64,000 nucleotides of DNA from a phage. The stretch is from assembly GCA_025611195.1 (NCBI GenBank), contig GCA_025611195.1_4718.2; one strand, given 5' to 3'. The notes below the pieces were generated by a model. The model was not told where the DNA came from. It made no database searches and worked only from the letters and a program-made list of their open reading frames with translations. The translations under genes were made by a program, and so were the position numbers. Within the stretch, counting starts at the first letter, position 1, and the number at the start of each line of letters is the position of its first letter. This document shows positions 48,197 through 56,759 of this stretch, piece by piece.

Positions 48197-48233
48197 AGAA
48201 GCTCTGCCTGATGTCAGGCAGAGCTTTATGCTG
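48197..48233 (+). terminator. rho-independent terminator after the helicase gene, followed by TTTATGCTG
   Basis: At least 10-bp stem GCTCTGCCTG / CAGGCAGAGC with a 4-nt loop, directly after stop TAA (48191..48193), followed by TTTATGCTGCG. Confidence 0.75.
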
Positions 48234-48292
48234 CGTTCGCTGCAAAATCGTATGACGTATATGCGTTGTACTTATTAAATAGGACTGAATAC

Positions 48293-49744
48293 ATGAAACT
48301 CAAACAAAGCTGGAAAGACGAACTTCTTGCGTTAGTAAATAGCAAAAACAGTTTACAGCTGACATTAGACGACGTAAAATTTGAACTAACTGAACCGGTA
48401 AGCGAAGTGCCCGGAACGGTTACTGTCACGATCAAACCGAACGATGATAGCCGTTACTTTAACGAGCAGTCTCTGACCTACGTTCGTCGAGACATCGCTA
48501 AAAACTTCACCGGGATCCCGTTACGGGTTATCGTTAAAAATGATACCGCCGTAAAGGATATCATCAACACGATCGCTGAACGTTACGGATTGGTATTTGA
48601 CACAACCGTCGACTTCCTCGAATCCGAGCTGAATAAACAAATTACGTTCGCAGACACCGGTATTAAAGACATCACGGTTCCGGTTGCAAACACGTCTTAT
48701 GTTTGGGCTGGTAATCTTCAGTTCAACATTGCTAACGATACGTTAAGCTTGATTACGATCATCAAGAAAACCGATCTTACGAATCTGGTTTATCTGGATG
48801 GTGTTGAAGCTGATACAACGGGATCGTTACTATTAGCAACGACCTCGGTTATCGACGAAAACGGAAATACCGAAACAACTGAAGGTGTCCTTGACGCCGC
48901 GCACTTCCAGAATGTCCTGAACGTCATGGTTCGTTATGGTGATATTACCAACGAACAAATGCAACAAGCAATGCAGACAATTAACCAAAGCGAAGACGTT
49001 CGTAGAGTAGAGGTGAGATCATACGGTGACGCCGAATTACTGGTAACCACCAAGAAAGATTGGGCTATCGGTAGCCTTAAGGGTGCTATGGCTGTTGGAC
49101 GCGCTTCACCTAAACCGATCCAATACGTTCTTAAAACAAAAGGCGGCAGCATTATATTATCATTAAATGGTTGGACAAATGTTTCCATCGATTGGGGTGA
49201 TGGGAATAAGACGACGGAGGACTCAGTCGATAATGAATATCGGCACAATTATACGGACACTACAGAACGTACGATCGTCGCTACGGGTACCCCTACCAAC
49301 GTTGAAGATACAGAGGTACAGCAAAGCTTCACCGGTGGTAACATTACAGAAATCGTTGACTGGAACAACGGATTACCTAAGGCCCCATCATTACTTGCGG
49401 CGAACAGTTTAACTAAGGTTCCTAATTATATCCCGGCATACTGGACATCGTTAGAAGGTATGTTTACGAGATGTAGCGTTATTAACGACGTGAACATCAC
49501 CAAATGGAACACCCGCAACATTACTTCAATGAAGGACCTCTTCTACGGTTGCGCTGCGTTCAACCAACCGATCGGTTCGTGGGATGTTTCGTCTGTTAAG
49601 AATATCGACAATATGTTGTCTGGATGCTTCGCGTTCAATCAGGATCTGAGTGGTTGGACATTCCCGGCAGGCACTTCACACATTAACTACGACGCCATGA
49701 CCGCCGTGTGGAGTACTGAACACAAACCACACTTCACCGAGTAA
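48293..49744 (+). CDS. fibre-family paralog on the plus strand: shared N-terminal module plus DUF285/BspA-type repeats
   Basis: MKLKQSWKDELLALVNSKN...YVRRDIAKNFTGIPLRVIV aligns with the 6194..7948 product. C-terminus has the same TSMKDLFYGCAAFNQPIGSWDVSSV units. Start moved to ATG 48293 (AGGA upstream). Confidence 0.7.
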   Translation: MKLKQSWKDELLALVNSKNSLQLTLDDVKFELTEPVSEVPGTVTVTIKPNDDSRYFNEQSLTYVRRDIAKNFTGIPLRVIVKNDTAVKDIINTIAERYGLVFDTTVDFLESELNKQITFADTGIKDITVPVANTSYVWAGNLQFNIANDTLSLITIIKKTDLTNLVYLDGVEADTTGSLLLATTSVIDENGNTETTEGVLDAAHFQNVLNVMVRYGDITNEQMQQAMQTINQSEDVRRVEVRSYGDAELLVTTKKDWAIGSLKGAMAVGRASPKPIQYVLKTKGGSIILSLNGWTNVSIDWGDGNKTTEDSVDNEYRHNYTDTTERTIVATGTPTNVEDTEVQQSFTGGNITEIVDWNNGLPKAPSLLAANSLTKVPNYIPAYWTSLEGMFTRCSVINDVNITKWNTRNITSMKDLFYGCAAFNQPIGSWDVSSVKNIDNMLSGCFAFNQDLSGWTFPAGTSHINYDAMTAVWSTEHKPHFTE

Positions 49745-49762
49745 AAAAAATAGTTAGCATAT

Positions 49763-49795
49763 CTTCCTCCCTACCCATAACGGGCGGGGAGGAAG
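49763..49795. terminator. bidirectional stem-loop at convergent gene junction
   Basis: CTTCCTCCC / GGGAGGAAG 9-bp stem with 15-nt loop between the plus gene (stop 49744, then an A-run) and the minus gene (stop 49813). Flanked by AGCATAT and TTTATG. Confidence 0.6.
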
Positions 49796-49812
49796 GTTTA
49801 TGTGGCTATGAC

Positions 49813-50151
49813 TTAGAACCAGAGTTCTTTCATGAGGTAGGCTTCCATATCGTAGATAAGCCACTCGTCAGGAATTTCTAAAGGATCGTCTTCGGTTAAG
49901 GTCAGCATGTGCAGGGCGAACGCACGCTTAATATCGTTCAGCAGTTTCTCGTCGTCGTAACCTTCAGGTAACTTACGGTCTACCAGTTGGGTTTGTTTAT
50001 AGACAGCACAGAACGCTTCTGGGCTGTGTTTGTCCATCGGAAATTGTTCAGCAGCCTGAACCATCGTCAACGTCCAGCTTACAACATTGTAGCGCTCACC
50101 GTTAATTTCACTGAACTGATCATCGATTAAACAGATTTGTTGTACGTTCAT
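49813..50151 (-). CDS. hypothetical acidic protein
   Basis: 112-aa ORF; ATGA overlap. Confidence 0.5.
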   Translation of the reverse strand: MNVQQICLIDDQFSEINGERYNVVSWTLTMVQAAEQFPMDKHSPEAFCAVYKQTQLVDRKLPEGYDDEKLLNDIKRAFALHMLTLTEDDPLEIPDEWLIYDMEAYLMKELWF

Positions 50152-51041
50152 TCATTTTCTCCATTCTTATCTTGGTCGCAATCACACTCTTCGACGTCTT
50201 TCTTACTTAAACGCAAGACACCAAGTGCGGCATGCTTGAGTTCTTGCAACGCGCTTTTCAGCTGACCTTCTTCATCGAAATCAAAATACTTCTCGTTGTA
50301 GCTTAATGCTGGAATCATATTTACGAGAGGCTCGATGGCAGGCATCAACATTTCAATAACAACCTTAGGATCAACAAAGCGTTCAAACCCTTCAGGAAGT
50401 TTGCTCGCCACAACCTTATCGTTCTTGATGAAGAATTTGTTCTTGAATAAATCGTCAAGAATAGCGTTCTCTTCATCCGTACGTTTTGCGTGAGGACGAT
50501 CGATCATCTGCACAAACACATCACTCAACGCTTCAGGCAGGGTCGGATTTTCACGAAGAGAAGTTCCAGCCGGAATTTCAATATCGATCTTTGCCCACTC
50601 AACAACCTGGTGATCTCGTGTGTAGATAACATCGACTTCCCACGCCAGGCCGTCCGGACTTTCCACAGTGTAACGTGTTTTCGCTTGACCTTCCGGAGCC
50701 ATACGCTCAATGGCATCAAACATCTCGACTGGGATTTCGACTTCGCTTTCCGTTGCATCGCCTGGACCACGATACACCTTCGTGGTCATGATGTATTTCG
50801 GTTCTTCGTTATCGATCTGTATCGCACGTGCGCGTACCTGACCTTTCACACCACCAACGGCCGTGTTATCAAACAACCATTGATGTTGCACCATATGTTC
50901 GATTTTTGATGCGACTTGACGAAGACGTTCAACACCGTCCTCAGCCAGTTTACCAAAGAAGACCAGCTCACGTTCCTGCTGTGTCTCACCACTTAACATC
51001 ATTAAATTGGCGATTTGTTTCACGCCTCTTACTTTTGACAT
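50148..51041 (-). CDS. hypothetical protein
   Basis: 297-aa ORF. Confidence 0.55.
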   Translation of the reverse strand: MSKVRGVKQIANLMMLSGETQQERELVFFGKLAEDGVERLRQVASKIEHMVQHQWLFDNTAVGGVKGQVRARAIQIDNEEPKYIMTTKVYRGPGDATESEVEIPVEMFDAIERMAPEGQAKTRYTVESPDGLAWEVDVIYTRDHQVVEWAKIDIEIPAGTSLRENPTLPEALSDVFVQMIDRPHAKRTDEENAILDDLFKNKFFIKNDKVVASKLPEGFERFVDPKVVIEMLMPAIEPLVNMIPALSYNEKYFDFDEEGQLKSALQELKHAALGVLRLSKKDVEECDCDQDKNGENE

Positions 51042-51056
51042 ACATGCTCCGGTTAT

Positions 51057-51094
51057 AAGGGCCTGCTTCGAGGCCCTTCATTGATTTTTTGATT
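51057..51094 (+). promoter_or_regulatory. stem-loop AAGGGCC/GGCCCTT followed on the plus strand by a T-tract
   Basis: Hairpin 51057..51078 then CATTGATTTTTTGATT. Has plus-strand terminator polarity although the flanking genes are on the minus strand. Confidence 0.4.
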
Positions 51095-51110
51095 CCACCA
51101 AACGCTATCG

Positions 51111-52685
51111 TTACAATTCAAAATCTTCATCGATAACGCGCTGGGTAAGCACTTTGTCGCTGAAGAACTCCACCTTGCGCTGATGGTATTTACGATGCGC
51201 TTCGATAGAAGTACATACCAGATACCAGAAGGTTGGCGTCATTCCTTCAAACTTCCCTTTCAGCTGACGCAGTCGCCCCAACACCTGAATGTTACCGGTT
51301 CGTGACCCCATCGCTAACGTCATGAACGCCATCACCAAGTCAGGAAGGTCGATACCCGTACCTGCCGATTTCACCGTCGTAACGCTAATATCGTTATCCA
51401 ACAAGACCATGAAATCTTCTTCAGCCGTATAAGGACCGATCTCTAACTCAGGAATACGTTCACTAAGGTAATGCGACAACGACTTACACATATCGACGGT
51501 TGCACAATACACCAGCATCTTCATACCTTCCTGATACTGGTTCATGAAACCTTTGATGATAACCGTATAGATGAAGTTAAAATACGCGAGTTTGAGTTGC
51601 TTGTTCTTCATGATAGACTGTTCGAATATCGTGTGAGAATAAGAACCCCCAAACCCTTTATATCTGACTTTATCTGTACTGCGTAGTCGATACGTCACGG
51701 CATTTACCGCAATGTATTTCTTGTATTCGCCTTTCGCATAACGGGCTTCTTTCGGATACATCAAATACAACATCCGCTCGATGAACGGATCATCGGACAC
51801 CGCCGTTGCTGACAGATAGATGATTTCCGGAATACTAGCGTAACACTTGACCTTAAACAAGAAATGCAATGCTTCATGGCACTCGTCATGAATCAGAAGG
51901 CCTATGCCGGTCTTTTCCCAAAACTCAGCGGGATGGAAGGCATATGGCGCAACGCAGTTATTCTTCTCGTAGTCCGCAATATAACGTTGGAACATGTTCA
52001 AGGAGAACAATGCGATTTTGAAGTCGAGTTCGCCTTGTTCAACCAAGGTTTGAAACTCCAACATACTGTAACGAGGAATGTCAGGATGCGGTGGATCCTC
52101 CTTAGCGTTCCCGCGTATCTCGATAACATCCCCTGGTTCCATCCCGAAGAAGTTCAGTAGTGAGCTTCGCCAACCTGGCATGTATCTCGGCGACAGAATG
52201 ATACCCGTCCGCACACCGCGTCGGAAGGTAATCTCCTGCGACATGGCCGTTTTTCCCGACCCCGTTTGAGCGGTGTTTAGGCTCATTCTGAAGGGGGTAT
52301 CCTTACCCCCGTCCATGTACTCCAACCATTCTTGCTGATCTTCACGCCATGGGAACTTCCATTTCTTTACGAACTCCACTTCTTTACCTGGTGCCGGATC
52401 GTGGTAAACGATTTCCAACCACTCTTTTCGTATCCCTCGGGAAAAGATAAAATCCAAAAACGATTTCAACTGTTCGCGGAGTAAGTATACCTCACTATAA
52501 TCGCTTCTTGCCGCGGCATACGTGTTTATGGTATCGGTAACCATTCTCCGTGTACGAGGGTCGCGCCGTTTCCTCAGATGCAAACAACGGTCTCGAAGGT
52601 AATGGCCGATAAGATGGGCAAATCGAAGTCCGTATCCGCTCAGCCTCATGCCGTGCGAGAAGACATCGATACGAGCTAACTTCAT
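51111..52685 (-). CDS. SF2 DExH-box helicase
   Basis: Motif I QTGSGKT, motif II LLIHDECH, motif III YLSATAV, motif VI-like QVLGRLRQ. ATGA overlap with the upstream gene. Confidence 0.75.
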   Translation of the reverse strand: MKLARIDVFSHGMRLSGYGLRFAHLIGHYLRDRCLHLRKRRDPRTRRMVTDTINTYAAARSDYSEVYLLREQLKSFLDFIFSRGIRKEWLEIVYHDPAPGKEVEFVKKWKFPWREDQQEWLEYMDGGKDTPFRMSLNTAQTGSGKTAMSQEITFRRGVRTGIILSPRYMPGWRSSLLNFFGMEPGDVIEIRGNAKEDPPHPDIPRYSMLEFQTLVEQGELDFKIALFSLNMFQRYIADYEKNNCVAPYAFHPAEFWEKTGIGLLIHDECHEALHFLFKVKCYASIPEIIYLSATAVSDDPFIERMLYLMYPKEARYAKGEYKKYIAVNAVTYRLRSTDKVRYKGFGGSYSHTIFEQSIMKNKQLKLAYFNFIYTVIIKGFMNQYQEGMKMLVYCATVDMCKSLSHYLSERIPELEIGPYTAEEDFMVLLDNDISVTTVKSAGTGIDLPDLVMAFMTLAMGSRTGNIQVLGRLRQLKGKFEGMTPTFWYLVCTSIEAHRKYHQRKVEFFSDKVLTQRVIDEDFEL

Positions 52686-54688
52686 AACGTGAATACATCC
52701 TCCGGTTTAGGTTCTTTGCGCGGTAAAAGCATGTAGTCGATCGGATGATCCGGCTTCATGGTTGGGATATAACTGTTCGGGTTTTGGAACGCATCCAGTT
52801 GCTCTTGGTGAGCGAACTTCATACTCAAGGAGCGCATGTTCATGTTCTTCTTGAAGGTGCTGAAGTATCGTGTTGTTCCCTGTTTCGGCATGCGATAATC
52901 TTTCGTGTGTGGCGAACGAATCATGCTGGCGTAGAGAATAACATCGAGATGCGAAAGGTTCATTCGCAGACGCTGTGCGCACAAGCGATGCCAATAGTAC
53001 AGCACGTTTGCAACTTCTTCCGGTGTTGCTTCGTCTTCCGAGAGGAACCCGGCACTGAAAGAACCTTTCCCGAATTTGAACTCACGTTCGATTTCTTTTG
53101 CGTATTCCATCATGTTTTTGTGGATTAACGGCATCTGGAATAACGTACGTGAATTGTCCCAATGTTTCAAGTCGAAAATCACAATCCCGTCAGACGTCAC
53201 TTCCCAGCTATGGCGTTTAAGATAACGGATAAACGCTTTACTCGGTACAACAGGACGTCCGCAGAAATCGAAATTGACTTTGAGCTTACGATAGCTTTCA
53301 TCTTTCCTGTCGTAAATCTCCATATCGCAAAGCGTCATGTTAAACAGACGCTGTGGTATCAGCGAACTGATTTCTTCCGCTTCGGCTACATCGTACAACA
53401 TGTTCGCAAGACCTAACTTCATCTTAATCAGCACGTGTTTACCTTTCAGCTCACGTGCGAGTTTGATGTCGTTCATGTTCTGGCTGTAACGAAGGATATG
53501 TTGATATTCCGGTGGGATTGGTGCTGTAGAGACCGTTGACGAACCGTCGTGGTGTTTGGTAGAAAGAATGTTCTGCGTTACCTGTTGCGAGCAGGTACGC
53601 GCTGCGCCATCGCCGACATTATCGGTTAATGCGAAGTTATGACTTAATTCACCATAACACGTTGTGCATACCCCAGCAGGATCGGGATGATGACAATAGT
53701 TAACGGAGCGCATACGCACTGTGGTGCCGATCAATTCTTTCATATGTGGTTGTATCGCTACCAACGAACCGTCATCACGAATAATGAATCGGCCGTGGAA
53801 GCCACGCAGGTCGGTCTCATCACGGATTGGCATCGGGATGGTCTCTCTACTACCACAATCACCAGGATGTAGTCGTTGCACAACCGCTGTCGCTATCTGA
53901 AGTTCACGACCGAAATATTCAGACTTTTTAATCTGCTCTTTGTTGAACAGCAACGATTTCGCCGCAGAACGACTTTCTTTCAAGCTGTCGGGAAGAGAGA
54001 TCAAACCTGACGCGTACGACCGCATTACTGGATCACGGAATATCTCGGAGTTAATATCGGTCAAGAATCCACGCATCCCAATACACTGCAGCACCTGCCC
54101 AATCGAAACGTGTTCGGTTCTTACCGCACGTGCAATAGGGTTTGCATGTAATGTTTTATCGGTGCTCAGTACCTTTGTCAGTTTCTTGTATGCGCTTTCG
54201 ATACCTTCGCGGGTGGGTTCCGCTTCAGCGATGATTTTCTTAACTTCGGGGTGTACGGTAATCTGATAAAAATCATCCGCACAAATAGTTGTTACGTATT
54301 CCTCCAACGCATACGTAAAGAAGTTATACACGTTGTTAAACATATCGAACAGTGCTTTCCAGAGAACCTCACGATTCTCTTGTGGGTAAGCATACATGCA
54401 TTGACGATACGCTGCGCTTTGCAACGCTACCGATGAACCCGCTGTAAACTTACGTTTATCAACCAGGTTCTCTTTTGTCAATGGTGTCTCAGGATACATG
54501 CGATGTACAGACCAGTGCATGTAACTAAAGAAAATGCGTCGCGCACGTAATTCATGAACGCCATCGTCCATCTCGATATATACACGGTCATTAGGCTGTG
54601 CCCACTCGAATACCTCATCAACCGGCCAGTGCATAAGCTCGCGTGCCCTCACACGACGTTTCGTGGTGGTCGTCTGTGTTGTAGTCAT
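52682..54688 (-). CDS. RNA polymerase beta'-like subunit, C-terminal fragment (multisubunit phage RNAP)
   Basis: Colinear similarity to bacterial beta' region F through the trigger loop: CIGMRGFLTDINSEIF (beta' AGMRGLMAKPDGSIIE), bridge-helix-like SRSAAKSLL, VRMRSVNYCHHPDPAGVCTTCYGEL (beta' [22 protein letters not shown]). No NADFDGD motif, so the N-terminal part is encoded elsewhere. Confidence 0.7.
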   Translation of the reverse strand: MTTTQTTTTKRRVRARELMHWPVDEVFEWAQPNDRVYIEMDDGVHELRARRIFFSYMHWSVHRMYPETPLTKENLVDKRKFTAGSSVALQSAAYRQCMYAYPQENREVLWKALFDMFNNVYNFFTYALEEYVTTICADDFYQITVHPEVKKIIAEAEPTREGIESAYKKLTKVLSTDKTLHANPIARAVRTEHVSIGQVLQCIGMRGFLTDINSEIFRDPVMRSYASGLISLPDSLKESRSAAKSLLFNKEQIKKSEYFGRELQIATAVVQRLHPGDCGSRETIPMPIRDETDLRGFHGRFIIRDDGSLVAIQPHMKELIGTTVRMRSVNYCHHPDPAGVCTTCYGELSHNFALTDNVGDGAARTCSQQVTQNILSTKHHDGSSTVSTAPIPPEYQHILRYSQNMNDIKLARELKGKHVLIKMKLGLANMLYDVAEAEEISSLIPQRLFNMTLCDMEIYDRKDESYRKLKVNFDFCGRPVVPSKAFIRYLKRHSWEVTSDGIVIFDLKHWDNSRTLFQMPLIHKNMMEYAKEIEREFKFGKGSFSAGFLSEDEATPEEVANVLYYWHRLCAQRLRMNLSHLDVILYASMIRSPHTKDYRMPKQGTTRYFSTFKKNMNMRSLSMKFAHQEQLDAFQNPNSYIPTMKPDHPIDYMLLPRKEPKPEDVFTL

Positions 54689-54809
54689 TATTGCTTTCCG
54701 ATTTAAATGGTTTTATCATACGGTTTACCAAATCCGTTGGACTTTACTATCGTTGTGATAGCATCGGGAATCCCTTCCCTTAGGTTATGTAGGTGTTAAT
54801 ATATCTCCA

Positions 54810-54831
54810 CTGCTGTCGTAAAGGTCAGCAG
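54810..54831 (-). promoter_or_regulatory. stem-loop CTGCTG/CAGCAG just after the stop of 54834..55319
   Basis: 6-bp stem with 10-nt loop. On the minus strand it is followed by GGAGATATATTAACACC, a TATATTA-containing variant. Confidence 0.35.
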
Positions 54832-54833
54832 CA

Positions 54834-55319
54834 TTATCCAGCTTCCTGTTGTATAGCGTATGGATCCATAGCGTCTGACATATTCGCAAAAACGGTGAGA
54901 ATAAACCCCTTTATCTGTCTCACCTCGGTTACACGAAGCCCTTTATCATTACGGTATACGTTTTCTTCACCAACCAACTTCGGCCTGATAGCATAAACCC
55001 CATCAACAAACGGGAATGTCGGATACGGATAAATACCGATACGAATGATGTTTGGATGATCGCCTAGAAGGTCACGCCCAAATGTATCTACTCTACCGTA
55101 AACCGTTCCATCCACACCCTCCACTTCAATGAGATCATTTCGAATATCCTGAAATAGCTGCTCTAATGTGTCGGCGGGGTACGTATATGCGACACCTAAC
55201 GCTGGGTCCTCAATGGTTTTGACACTGAATCCGTTAAGCCAAACAATCTGTTCATCCGCCCATGTTTCTTCATATACCGTTAATCCATCGCCGTATATGT
55301 TGGCGCGTGCTATCTCCAT
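54834..55319 (-). CDS. hypothetical protein
   Basis: 161-aa ORF with AAGAGGAAA before ATG. Confidence 0.5.
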   Translation of the reverse strand: MEIARANIYGDGLTVYEETWADEQIVWLNGFSVKTIEDPALGVAYTYPADTLEQLFQDIRNDLIEVEGVDGTVYGRVDTFGRDLLGDHPNIIRIGIYPYPTFPFVDGVYAIRPKLVGEENVYRNDKGLRVTEVRQIKGFILTVFANMSDAMDPYAIQQEAG

Positions 55320-55433
55320 AATCTCATTTCCTCTTATACGTTCGGATAGATGACATGTTGGATATACGTTGCCTTTGCATATATTGCTTTATTTCCGTCA
55401 GAAATAACGGAAAATAAAAACAACGACATAGTT

Positions 55434-55463
55434 CCCTCCCACCTCCACATGGGAGAGGGAGGG
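55434..55463 (-). promoter_or_regulatory. stem-loop CCCTCCC/GGGAGGG (16-nt loop) after the stop of 55477..55842
   Basis: 7-bp stem; a second hairpin TTTCCGT...ACGGAAA lies at 55391..55412. Confidence 0.5.
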
Positions 55464-55476
55464 CTATTCGTGTTTA

Positions 55477-55842
55477 TTACTCTATGCTGTCTTCTTCAAC
55501 ACAATCCTCTTCGGAACCGTCGAACGTTTTCTGCACCGCAGTGGTATCCCAGTTGGCAGCGTAATCAGCCATCGCTTCGCGCAACGCTTCTTCACCAGCA
55601 TCGCCAGCCAGATCAAGCACAACCAAACCTTGCGCGACGTTTTGAGCGACAGTATCAATAACGGTTGCATCTTCTTCAAAACTACGTACCGGTTCAATGG
55701 TGCCTACATCAACAGCATAGTTCGTGGTCGCTGTAAGCACGGCGACTTGTAGTGCATCGCTATTATCATCATCATGCAGTGCTGCTTCAATACCGATTGG
55801 ACGGGCCAGTTCTTGCAGTGTTAATTTGCGAATTAAGTTCAT
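55477..55842 (-). CDS. small acidic protein (acidic trio A)
   Basis: Shares LTLQELAR with the 55866..56216 product and VLDL.G with the 56335..56748 product. Confidence 0.5.
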   Translation of the reverse strand: MNLIRKLTLQELARPIGIEAALHDDDNSDALQVAVLTATTNYAVDVGTIEPVRSFEEDATVIDTVAQNVAQGLVVLDLAGDAGEEALREAMADYAANWDTTAVQKTFDGSEEDCVEEDSIE

Positions 55843-55865
55843 TATGTTTTTTCCTCAGGTGAATG

Positions 55866-56216
55866 TTAGCAATCGTTTAAAACTTTTTCGATACGATGGT
55901 TGACGAGTTCATTGAACGACTCTTCAACTTGTTCGATAATTTCATCAACGTCGATATCTAATTGTTGGGGTTGGATAACATGCTCTTTCATGGTTTCTAA
56001 CCAGTATTCGGCTTTAACCATAACGTTAGCTACTTGTTCGACCTGGCTGCGTATGTCGACGATCTGGCAGTCAGGATTTTTAATATCGATGATGTGTCCG
56101 TGCTGATTGATAAAGCCTAGTTTATTCGACGCCTTTACCGCATCGCGGGCAAGTTCTTGCAAGATTAAATTATTTACGTAGTTCACTGCTACGGAACGAT
56201 TTTCTTTATCACTCAT
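55866..56216 (-). CDS. small acidic protein (acidic trio B)
   Basis: Start moved to ATG 56216 (AAGAGGA upstream); the ORF-track N-terminal extension runs through the stem-loop. Confidence 0.5.
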   Translation of the reverse strand: MSDKENRSVAVNYVNNLILQELARDAVKASNKLGFINQHGHIIDIKNPDCQIVDIRSQVEQVANVMVKAEYWLETMKEHVIQPQQLDIDVDEIIEQVEESFNELVNHRIEKVLNDC

Positions 56217-56284
56217 ACCAGGGATCCTCTTTAAGTCTTCACATTCTAGTGTTAAGCAGTTAAAATAAACCGTCCCTTTAATCA

Positions 56285-56323
56285 GCATAAACATCCTCCT
56301 CCTACCATGCGGGCAGGAGGAGG
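56285..56323 (-). promoter_or_regulatory. stem-loop CCTCCTCCT/AGGAGGAGG followed on the minus strand by TTTATGCTG
   Basis: 9-bp stem 56295..56323 after the stop of 56335..56748; TTTATGC at 56285..56291 (minus), about 70 nt upstream of ATG 56216. Confidence 0.55.
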
Positions 56324-56334
56324 CGTAATATGCA

Positions 56335-56748
56335 TCAGAAAGGTGTGCGATTCTTATATTCGAATAATGTCTGAAGGACACATCGTGTTAACGAGTTTTG
56401 TAATTCGATACGTCCTTGTTCTCCGAACAGATCCAACACCATCATCCCTTTTGCTGTTTTCTCTGCCACTTCTTCACAAATCTGTAAATTGTACATGTCG
56501 TCATTGCCGAGTTCCTTTCGACCGATCGAACTGACACGCATCAACTCACCTTTACTATCGCGAACATCGGAGAATGCATCATAGACCGCATCGATGTTCG
56601 CAGAACGCGTCAAACCCTCCGCTTCGCGCCACTCTCGATATGTACCATCAAGCGTTTGTTCCTCGCCCGAGGTTGTTGATTCGCTGTTGGTGGTTGGGCG
56701 AATTAAATGGGGTGTTATCATCGCGATCACGCTGTCGTAATGGTCCAT
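56335..56748 (-). CDS. small acidic protein (acidic trio C)
   Basis: 137-aa ORF immediately downstream of the beta-like gene. Confidence 0.5.
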   Translation of the reverse strand: MDHYDSVIAMITPHLIRPTTNSESTTSGEEQTLDGTYREWREAEGLTRSANIDAVYDAFSDVRDSKGELMRVSSIGRKELGNDDMYNLQICEEVAEKTAKGMMVLDLFGEQGRIELQNSLTRCVLQTLFEYKNRTPF

Positions 56749-56759
56749 CGTTTACCTCG

